Shown: positions 12,767-23,579 of the stretch, in pieces
How the letters are laid out: every line of letters starts with the position of its first letter
How positions within the stretch are numbered: position 1 is the stretch's first letter
Assembly: GCF_006345805.1 (NCBI RefSeq)
Contig: NW_021836125.1
Span: 1-64,000 of the forward strand
Direction: 5' to 3'
Length of the DNA: 64,000 bases
Origin: Octopus sinensis
Taxonomy: Eukaryota
Position numbers and translations under genes: made by a program
The notes under the pieces: generated by a model
Seen by the model: the letters and a program-made list of their open reading frames with translations, nothing else
Databases searched by the model: none
Told to the model about the DNA's origin: nothing

Positions 12767-13267
12767 TTAATCATAGGCCATATTTGCCTCGAAAAAGTCA
12801 AACACAGCCGCGGGACAGACATTTTTAACATATAAAAGTGGCACCTGCTCAATAACGTCGGCATAACTCCTAAAATAGTGAAGTTCGAATACCATTTCAC
12901 TAAAAGACTGAGCTTATCTGCTTGGTAGGAAACACCGTGGATTGACTCCACCACGGAAGGGACGGAAAACTCGGTCTGAATTGAGACACTTTTTCTTTTT
13001 GGTTTATGATTCACTTTTTTTGATTGGACTTGACTTTGTTCTTTACTTTTTTTATTTTCATACTCCCCGATGAGATAACTGCAATTTATATTGTCGATGG
13101 GCTCCCACGAACATTGATTGCTATTTCGGGATTATATTATATATTTGCCTTGGATAGTCCTTCCACTTGATAAAGTAGTATAACTTGCCGTTTATGTCAT
13201 TGTAGGAGTCCAATACTTCCTCCACCTCGTACTCAATTGTATCATTTATTGAATCACAACTAGACAT
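12767..13267 (-). CDS. HP1: Heterochromatin protein 1 (chromo + chromo-shadow domain)
   Basis: Chromodomain YEVEEVLD...YYFIKWKDYP|SNQCSWEPIDNINC. Shadow domain LLVKW|SYADVIEQVPLLYVKNVCPAAVFDFFEANM. Needs a GC-AG intron at 13121-13148. Confidence 0.9.
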
Positions 13268-13352
13268 AAATACAAACACTTAATTAAAACACTATCTATT
13301 TAATATTTAAACACATTTCTTAAAAAATCAGACATATTTTAATAAAAACAGA

Positions 13353-14405
13353 TTAATTCTCAACAGTGTTCTTCCTCCTAAGCGCTTTTGGTTTCTTGAA
13401 CTGCAATTTGGAGTAATCCTGTCTTTCCATATGCACACGCCCCAGTTTGGTCCCAAAGACATCCCGAGAGACATTTTTAACCGTTTTTTTCTACACAAAA
13501 TCAAAAAACCACCAACCTTGACCTCTCTAGGCTGCCTGAGAGTACTCCGATAGTAATCATCCGAGGCCAAATGAACCCTCCGCTTCACCAAATCCACAAA
13601 AGGCCCCATCGGAAGCAAAACCACGGCGGGAACCAAACTCTCCGAGACCTTCAAAGATATTCTTCGATAAAAAAACATCCAAAAAACTTGTAAGTCCGTA
13701 ACAAGAGGACATCATCTTGGACAGTGAAGTAAATCACGTGCTGAAGGTTATCCACGGATATTTCACTCACAACATGCCCACGGAAAAAATCCGAGAATAA
13801 AAAAACACACAAAACCAATAAAAAATGACTTGATTCTCTGAAATGTGGGATCTGAGTCAAAAATATCGCCACAAAAAACGAGAATAGGCTTACATCCCCC
13901 GTCGATTGCCGCAGCTTTGATATCAGCCAGTCCACTGAAGGCCTTCACTCCAAACTCGAACATATCCATAAGTCTATGATCGTGGAGAGACCCAAAAATG
14001 AGATTTTGAGGTCTTTTTTTAGAGTCAGTGCCCACAACGAAGAGAGAAGCCTGACTGTTGGCTGAAAACGACTCCTTTCACATAAATAAAAAGACTAACC
14101 AGTTTTCCCATGTCTTCAAATGGGTAGATATCGTGTTTTCTATGACTATTAGTCATACTAATACTGGCTAAATGTTTTTATCAGTGGCTTCTTTAGGGTG
14201 GCCTAGTTATATTGACATTATTCAGTACAATGTCTTTGATTACATTCCAGGTTGACTGCTTGCAGGAGGCTCCTTTGATGGCGATGGAATTCTTGAAGTC
14301 TTCGATTACTTGAGGATCCCTTTGTTTGATAATTTTTTTCCCAATTCGAGTAGTTGGCTTTCTAAAATATATTAGAGTGTCACACCTTGCCACATCACAA
14401 CACAT
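13353..14405 (-). CDS. RPF2: Ribosome production factor 2 (Brix domain)
   Basis: Motifs SKKRPQNLIFGSLHDH, DFFRG, MGPFVDLVKRRVHLASDD and KNVSRDVFGTKLGRVHMERQD. Confidence 0.95.
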
Positions 14406-14605
14406 TTAAAAACGTGCAATGTATATTTATTTATTAAAATATTTTTTAAATAAATATAACACAACTAAATAATTATTAATAACAAAAAATTTTATAATTA
14501 ATCAATAAATCCATTTTCATTTTTTAATTTACATTTACTTATATTTTTTTGCTTATATTATAAAATTGTTATTATATTAATTAAAATTTATTATTAAAAG
14601 AATTA

Positions 14606-15890
14606 TTAATAAATGAAGGGAACAATCTGATGTGGTACTATTTCACAATAATAGTCCCACACCTCATCACCATACTTAGCCCTACACTGTGCCTCATCTC
14701 TATGAAACCGATGCACAAGCAAGACAGTCAGAAAAATAGGATAAAAATGCGGAATAACAGTCTCAAACCCTACAAATAAAACAAATAAAAAACCAATAAC
14801 AGATGACCACGTATAGGCCATTATAAGATCTCCCAAGTAATTAGGATGCCTACAAACACCCCACCAACCAGAAATGAGTATTTCCTTCCCCCGTATGTGT
14901 GTCTCAATAACACGAACATTCTTCACATTTGACCTTTTAGTTCGAAACAAATGTTTTTGTGAATTAGACACACGGAAAATGACATATCCAACAAGACCCA
15001 TAAAAATAGAACCCACTGTCTGTATAGTCGAGAATGTTCTAGAATGTTCCAGAGCATATCTAGCCGACAAAGTATAAAGGAAAGGGACCCAAGTCAGGTC
15101 CCCGAAAGCCAACATAAACCCAAAATTTTCCGTGGTAATATCCATTGTAGTTAAAACACGTGACTGACTTAAAAACATATAAAAACCTCAAAAAACAACG
15201 AATCCACAACATAGAGGCCATGGAATGCTGATATAAGCAATAAAGGAATGTTTAGAGATGAGGATCTGACTGATTCGAGGACAAAAATCAAATCGAGGAC
15301 AAACCATCCAATCAATCCCGGTCTCAACTCACAAAAGAACTTCAAATCAAAAACGTGGAATATTCTCGGATTGAGAACCGAGCCTTCCCAAAACCCACAA
15401 ATCCAGTCCCTCTGTTGTTGGCCTGCCCAAAGACAAAGCAGGGAAATTACAAGCGCACATATAAAACTAGCAAACATCAAAGAAGGCAGAAAATGATAGC
15501 CCATTTGGACAGGCAGGTTAAACCAGATTGCCACAGTGAAAATTACCAGAGTGAAAACCAGGCTGTGGAGACCTGCCAGACTGGTAAGGACAGTATACCA
15601 TTGCAGCGATAGGAGAGACGATTTCCGTCACGCAAAGGAAGGCCACTGACAACTTGGCCGACTGGCAATAGACTGAGGACCACTTGGAGTCCGATCCAGC
15701 CAAAGTAGATCAGGAATCCTTCAATTCTCAGCATTTCCTGTATAAAAAAGTCAAGTTGAGAACGGGAAGTTATTATTCCGCAGGATGTCTATTTATTTGA
15801 TGGAGGAAATACTTTATTGCATGTACAATTAAGGTAGAAGACGATTAAAGGTGTTAAAATTATTCCCGACAAACTCATTAACATTCCCAT
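14606..15890 (-). CDS. TM7SF2: Delta14-sterol reductase / lamin B receptor C-terminal family (ERG4/ERG24)
   Basis: Motifs GLPLRDGNRLSYRCNG, DLKFFCELRPGLIGW, MDITTENFGFMLAFGDLTWVPFLY and SGWWGVCRHPNYLGD. Start codon is approximate. Confidence 0.9.
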
Positions 15891-16299
15891 CAAACGTTTT
15901 TATTACTCTAAATTTAAAAAATGTATCAAAATAAATAATTAAGTTTTTTATATTACTTTTTACTTGTTTAGATTATTTATGACGCGGTATATTAAATTTT
16001 ATTTTTTGTATTTTTAAGTTTATTTCTGACAGATACAGTCTTATGATAAATTTGTCAATTTCCTGGAAACAAAATGGCTACAAGACCAATATAACATGAT
16101 CAGAACACATAAACAGATTGACTCCACTTATTTTAGTGTCCGAAAGATTTTTCATTTCCTTTTTGATATTTTAAGTACATTATCTTAAAGGCTGCCTATT
16201 TTACACTCTTAAATAATGATAGCTATTTAGTTTATCTATTATGAAGAAGCATTCCCTAATAAATGATAATTTGTGGGTGATTTTTTAAAATTATTGTAC

Positions 16300-18972
16300 A
16301 AATTAGTCAGTTTAAAGTAAATTTTCACATCCTCCATCATGCATTCCAGTCCTATTTCCATAACAATTTTGATAAAGGAGATGAAATATCGAAAAAGAAT
16401 TATCGGATGTGGAGATCGTCGAGTTCATTAATTAAAGAAATTTACTATTTAACATATTTTTCTGAGTAAAATTAATAATAATGACTAAATATTTCCAGCT
16501 TGTTATTTTATAAACCAATTTCATAATTTGAATAAATTATCCTGAACTGATGTTATATAAACTAATATACATCATGTAAATTAAAAATTTTATTTCATAA
16601 TCTAATAGTCCGATAATGTGTTATTATCATGGCTTTCTTTTAGTTCTGTAATCATTTTAATAAACAAATTTAAATCATTTTGTATTTTCATTGCCGTCTG
16701 TTCCAGTGATCGTATTTTGTCAAAAGTATTTTCCCGTTTAAATTTTATTTCTTAAATTTAAAATTGACGAACTTAACCATTTTTTATCAAGTTGTCTATT
16801 TTCGTAACTTTATTTTGCTGGGTCAACTACGTGTTAGATCAAGCAAATACAGGATGACAAATATTGCAAGTTAAAGGAAAAGTTTTCATTTGTTTTTCTA
16901 AAAATTGGTTTTTTTGGAAAATCGATGACAATTTATTCGTATCGATAAACGTCAGTTTTGCATAGGCAATCGACTTAACGACAACTGATGATGTCTCCTC
17001 GTGGTCGAGATGTCTCACTTGGCGTCCAAATGTATCCCCATCCCCTGAATATTGCATTGACTGACCACTACCAAGAATTGCTATCAGAAAATCATTCTTC
17101 CAGATTTCAATGTCTCCCGTTATAATAAAAAATATTTGAAAAACGCGGTCGTTTTCTTTGAACAAAATATCCCCGGGACACGTGTAATAAGTCTTGAAAT
17201 AACTCGAAAGTTCGTGGAGAAGTTGAATATCCAGCATTTCAAAGATAGAATATGTATTAAATATATTTTTATTAATATTGTAGTATACTTCATTCCGAAG
17301 ACAATTTGGGAGATGTTTCATTATCTTTTATAAGTTTATTTTAAGTTACTTTTTTCGATCTGATGCCTTTTTCACTACTCCATATAGAATTGACGTATTT
17401 AAGTATTTTGGCACTGACATCTTTCGGTATTTCGTACAGTTGCAGAAATTGGTTCATATTTCGAATCATATTTTGATAGCGGGTATTTTCAGAGTAAATT
17501 TTTGAATAAATGTTCGTCACATTGCCGAAAATGGACGCATAAAAAAGTGCTAAAAACTGCATAACATATTTAATACCCCCAAAAATCATCATTAAAATGG
17601 TAAAGATTTTCTCATTGTAGGTTACGGCCGCGATATTGCCAAAACCGATGGTTGTCATGCATGTCATTGTATAGTACATTGATGAAATGTACAAAAATCG
17701 ATAATTGTCTAAATCTTGAATATATTTTCAAAAGTAATTCCCAACTAAGTTTGGTCGATTTGTTTAGACTATCAATCCAACCATATGTGATGTTGTTGGC
17801 GATGTCTGTGATGCCAATTGTGTACCAAATGCAGGCGAACCAGTGAGCGATCAGGACGAATATGAATATTAGACAAGCAAGCATTAATCCTCCGATTTCT
17901 AAATGCCGATACAAGTTTCTTGTTAGTTTGAGCAAACGAAACATTTTAAATATTTTCAAAACCGAAAACAGTTGTGGAAACTACTTTTTTGTAATAAGAT
18001 TACCCTACGAGAGTATTCGAAATTGATGTATTCCAACACTTGGTATGGAAGACATGAAAGAAAGTCGATAATAAAATATGTTCGAATATAATTTTTGGCT
18101 ATTAGTCTACCGTTTGTGACCGTCTTTCCACATTTTTGTTCATATGTAGTCAAGAAACTCAATATCATGTCTACGAAGAATAAACCGTCAATGACCATTT
18201 CAAATGTGGCCAAGTTTGTTGAAAGTTCATTTAAAAAGGTAATGTGAAAGGGAACGGAAATTGCTGTGTAAAAAATCAGACCGAATATCAGCAGGTCCCA
18301 CATTGACTTGAACCGAGAATCGTGATGAATTCTGAATTTTTTCTTTATTGGTTTTTCGAGTTCATATTTTTGAAATATGTCGTCTTGCATCATCTGCAAA
18401 ATAAAAAGTAAACACTGACATGAATTATTCTGGGCTTTTCTGGTTTTTTTCCCGACAGCTTCGACGTTTCTTTTTGTAATGTGTATGGTTATTTTTTCTT
18501 ACCATTTAATTTTCGATTGTTTTTGTTAGTTCTTAGGATCATAACGTACAAGATAGGGAAATTGTTTCTGTCAAACACGATGGATGTTTCTAAATTTATT
18601 TCTAATTCCTGGTCTAAATGTTAGAAAAAACAATTTGAGTACTTTCTTTGTTGTAAAAAATGATATTTATGTTACTGTTGGTGTTGATCTTTAACTGTAA
18701 TTCTAAATTTTTGAGTTTTGAAATGTCCGTTTTTTCTCCGTTCATAAACCCTTTAAACAAGCTTTTATAAAGTGTTTCTTCTTTGTTGTACTGAAATGTT
18801 TTGTTATATTCTTTGTTGGAGTAAACAATCGGAAAACCCTCAATATTTTGATTTCCAACAATAATTGAATTCTCTATAAAAAAATGTAACTAAACTACTA
18901 ACTATTGGATTGCAATAAATCATCCAAAAATATATTTTCACTATTTTTGAACCTGCAACAGTACTTTTTCAT
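16300..18972 (-). CDS. eag: EAG-family (KCNH) voltage-gated K+ channel; 3' end uncertain
   Basis: PAS-like N-terminus (GFPIVYSN). S4-S5 FRLLKLTR...AHWFACIWYTIG. Pore YYTMTCMTTIGFGN. C-linker and CNBHD (PGDILFKENDRVFQIFFIITG). Confidence 0.9.
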
Positions 18973-19973
18973 TTTAGTACACGATCTAAAAATATTAAAT
19001 ATACATGTTAATTTCTGATTATTCCAATTCATCAAATCGAAATATCTATTAATATGATTCAATGGGCAATTAATTTCTGGGATCAATTTTAAATTAATTA
19101 AATTTACATTTGTATTTATTTAAAGTTTGTCTTAAAATCTGAATTAAGGAAAATTGATTATTTCCTAATGAAAACAAATGTTTGTAAATGTTCTCGTTAG
19201 TTTTAAAATTAGGTAAGTTTACGCATTGCATTAATCATCAATTATGTATAAGAGATTCTTACGAATTCAACTCGATTGCCAAAAAAATTTGTTTAATTGA
19301 AAATCCTGTGCTTTCTAATAAAAGGACAATGACTAAGGACTACGAAAAAATCTAATTATTTTGTCAGATTAGAACAGCGTTTCCAAAGTGGGTGCCACGG
19401 GAAAGTACTAGGGGACGCGAAAAATTCGAAAAATTATTTCATTATTTACGAAAATTTATTTTATTTAGACAAAATAAATAGATTCTCAACAACTATTGTG
19501 CTGTTTCGAGATCTATAGTGTTATTTTTTATCATTTTTTGTAGGTTTATTATAGCCGAATTAACGAGTAACAAAAAGTTTAATCAAAATAACTATAAAGA
19601 CGATCATTCGGAATTATAAAAAATTACAATTAACGATAAAGAAATCAAAGTATTTGGACGAATATCTAGTATATGAATTTGCCAAGTGGTGAACAGCCTT
19701 TATCGAAAGCCGAATGTATGTTTTGTCACAAAATATTGTGCAACACTTCTCTTGTTACTTCTAAACTTTTATGTCGCTTTAATTCTTACCATCATCAATA
19801 CAAAAATAAAGATCTTGCATTTCTAAGAAGACATAGTGAAGAGTTTTGCTTATGAAAAACTGAGGTCTCTTTCGACATAAAAAAGATTTTCAGTGTTTTT
19901 TCGGTGATGATGGTTCCAAAAAGATTTACTTAATTTCATTTTCCAATAACACAATTAGCAGGAGAATACATGA

Positions 19974-20180
<207 letters not shown>

Positions 20181-20735
20181 TAAATCGTAAAATTGACTCT
20201 GTCACTAAAAATACAATATTGGATATTATGTGTTAAAGAAAATAATATTGAGCGTTTTCCGCACTTACACAAATAAATTGGGTGCACCACGTTGAACGAA
20301 GAATTTATTTGTGAACTTGTAGATCATTTGGAGCAATTAAAAGTGAATTAAAAAATGTTTTCCTGAAAAAACTGAATAATGATTGGATTAAGAATCTTTT
20401 CATAATAGTCATAAATCAGGAAATATTTCTTAATATGAAAAATTCTTGAAATATCAACAGATCCCAAAATTATTATTATTATTATTATTATTACAGATCC
20501 AAAATGAAAGAATTGTTAAAAAAACGTTAAATAATTTTTAGATTTAGAACTAAATCATTGTTCAGTTTTTGGAGTAAAAAATAAAATCAGTATCCATCAT
20601 TTTCAGACCAGCTGTACATGCGCTCTCACCATTTTCGAAGAGATATTTATGTGAATCTGCATTTTTGCTATACACTGCAACCAAAACAAAATACAGGAAT
20701 CGATTAAATGCGTCGGCTGACATGATAATTTCAAG

Positions 20736-22706
20736 TAGTGATGCACCGATAACCATTTTTGGATTTTGCCGATTACCGATTATCGGCCAATTTCACCGAT
20801 ACCGATACCGATTAATCGGCCATTATATTATACATAAAAATATATTTATATGTAATTTATTGTATTAAAAATGTACTGTTCTTTCTCAAATAACGAACAG
20901 AGGAAATCTTTTGCTGTGGATGATTGCGTCGCCGTATGGGAAAGCTGGGATTGCCATTGCCATCTGATGTGACCTGCCAATCGGAGTGGACGTCGAAAGT
21001 CCACGCCAATACGTTTTCATGGCTAAAGGAAACCATGGACCAGAGAAGGTTGGCTTGTTTACAAGCGGGCAGCCAGCCCCTAAGCGGCGCGTTGCTAAAC
21101 TGTTACCCTTGTAATACAACTGGCTGCCTTCTTAATGATGAAGCCGTAAGAATTGGAGTTTGTCTGCGCCTCGGTCTACGCGTTTATGAAAAACACCAAT
21201 GCCGGTGCGGCGTGTGGACTGACGAGTTTTGGATATCACTCCCTCTCCTGTCGAAACGGAATTGGACGTTCCTCACGGCATTCCGAACTGAACCAGATCA
21301 TCTGTCGATCTCTTCGAACTGCGGGATTCCACACACAATTGGAACCTGCAGGATTTTCGTAGAGGACGGCAGAAGACCCGATGGGATGACCACATTTCCA
21401 TTTCAGAGGAGAAAGTGTCTGGTTTGGGACGTCACGTGTGTGAACTCCTTTTCCAATCAGAATATCAAATTATGCATCGAGAATCCTGGAGCCCCGTCTG
21501 AACGGGCTGAGAAAAGAAAAGCTGAGAAATACGCTGGAATTGCGAATGGGAGAGTGTTTGTCCCCCTGGCTGTTGAGACGTCAGGAATACAGGGGCCTTC
21601 TATTCGGACCCTACTCCAGCGTATTGCCTCATTAATCGAAAGGGTTACCGGCGACCCGTGTGAGCACCGGTATTTAATCGAAAGAATATCTATAGCCATA
21701 GTCAGAGGCAATACTCTGGCTATCTGCCAATGACTATTTCTCTTTTGATTTGAAATAAATTTAATCCTAATTAAAAAAAAATGTAATTAAATATTTTGTT
21801 TAACATGTCGAGCGTTGTATGGAAATTCGTTTTTTGATGTCTCAGACGATAATTCGTTTTTTTGCGTATGTAAATTATGCGATATTTTAATATCAAGAGG
21901 AGGACGAACGCGAAAGACATTTACAACATCTAATATGATAAATCATCTTAGGGTTTATCATAGTGAACAATTAGCTGAAGAACAAATTGTGTTACAGAAA
22001 AAACGACCTTTGCTCAATTGAAGCAGTTAACACTTACTCAAGTTATAGAAAAGAAAATATGTGGAATATTGACGATCATAAATCAAAAATAATTCATAAA
22101 TTAATTGGAGAAATGATTGCAGTTAATTTATTACCCTATTCATTTGTTGGTGATATTGGTTTCATTCGATTACTAAATCATATTATTCCAAATTATTGTA
22201 TTCCCTCCAGAAAATATTTTTCGGAAAATATTATTCCTGAAATTTTCAAAAATGTTAAAGCAACGATTACAAATGATATCGATTCTATCAAATTTTTTGT
22301 CCCTGACAATTGATATTTGGACGGCTACCACAGCAAATAAACCTTTTCTTTGTATAATATATTTACGTGGTGGAAGAACTTCACGAATATATTTCCCCGC
22401 TTAAGTAAAATGGCGTTGAAATATTTAAAAGCTCATGCTTCGTCTGTAGAAAGCGAAAGAGTTTTCAGCACTGGAGGATATATATATCAACCGAAAAGAA
22501 ATAGACTTTGCCAGAGAATGGAGAATGATGATGTACCTTCAATATAATTTAAAAACATTAGACTTTAATTATTGATTCTTTTAAAAAAATTTTGTTTTTT
22601 TAACGTTTTGTTGTATACAATTGTATTTCGGAAAATAATTACATTACCGATTAATCGGCAGATTTGCCGATTACCGATTATCGGCCGATTAATTGGTGCA
22701 TTTCTA
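20736..22706 (+). mobile_element. Ac/ZBED1-like hAT with internal deletion (middle element of nest)
   Basis: TIRs TAGTGATGCACCGAT / ATTGGTGCATTTCTA. Perfect 8-bp TSD ATTTCAAG (20728-20735, 22707-22714). Subterminal ACCGAT repeats. BED finger (CKLC...NMINHLRVYH) and dimerisation motif SSVESERVFS. Confidence 0.95.
20876..21780 (+). mobile_element. 5'-truncated CRE retroelement copy (innermost element of nest)
   Basis: ORF 20924-21733 with CLRLGL, RRPDG, WDVTC, PLAVETSG and RISIAIVRGN. Poly-A at 21773-21781. Candidate TSD AAAAATGTA (20867-20875, 21777-21785). Confidence 0.9.
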
Positions 22707-22959
22707 ATTTCAAGTTTAACTCCTGATTTTAAACGACTTTGTAATAGTAAAAACAATTTATTCTCATTAATTTTTGAAGAGTTCTTTTTGTTGATATTTT
22801 TTTGGTAAAAATGTTTTAACAAATATTTATTTAAAATATTATTTGAGGGTGCTCAGAATAAAGTTAACATTTTTAGGAGTGTCGCGAAAAAAAAGTTTGG
22901 GAAACCTGGACTAAAAAACCGGATTACGTCATTATTATACTATATCTTGTAGGAACATA

Positions 22960-23340
22960 AACATGAATGTCACATTCCCACCCGTGCTGCACACGATGCG
23001 ACCTTCTTAACTATCGTTTTCCAACTTTCGCAGTTTTGAGTTAGCCTCTGGAGTTCATTCAGGTCATCACAGTTGTTTAGGGTTTTCTCCACGCGTATCA
23101 GATCATGCTGCAGAACAGCCGGCAATGTTTTTCGGGATCGTTCACGGAATTTTGATCCGTCTGACAGAAGGCATTCTTCCAAGGCCTGTTAGGCAATATG
23201 TGCCAAAATAGTCTCCAGCGACCGTCTATGATGATTGGAACCGAGTTATTGATCTTGTAGACCGGTGAATTATTGGTTTTCTTAGGACAATGTAGACCAT
23301 TTAGAACACGAAGCTGTTTTCTGTAAAAACAAATCAAGAT
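22960..23340 (-). mobile_element. RTE-like LINE 3' remnant
   Basis: Encodes RWRLFWHIL and RKTLPAVLQHDL...LNELQRLTQNCESWK. Related to 55858-56520. Confidence 0.65.
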
Positions 23341-23579
23341 TCTTGCTGTGGTTTTTTTAGATGAACAATCTTTTTGAATAATTTTTTAATTTACATTAGT
23401 TACAAAATTTATTATGATAATTTTTAGAAACCACAGTACATTAGTGGAAATTGTATAAAACCGAATATTTATGAAAAATTTGATTATAAAATGTTTAAAG
23501 AATAATATCGTAGGATTATAGGAAGAATTTACGGTTCGGAGGTAGGTCTACTATTAAAAAAAACATTTCTAATCAAATT

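Noticed and set aside
20745-20821. ACCGAT repeat cluster (also 22645-22690) as a CRISPR-like array
   Set aside because: These are short irregular subterminal repeats of a hAT with TIRs and TSD. No spacers; the context is eukaryotic.
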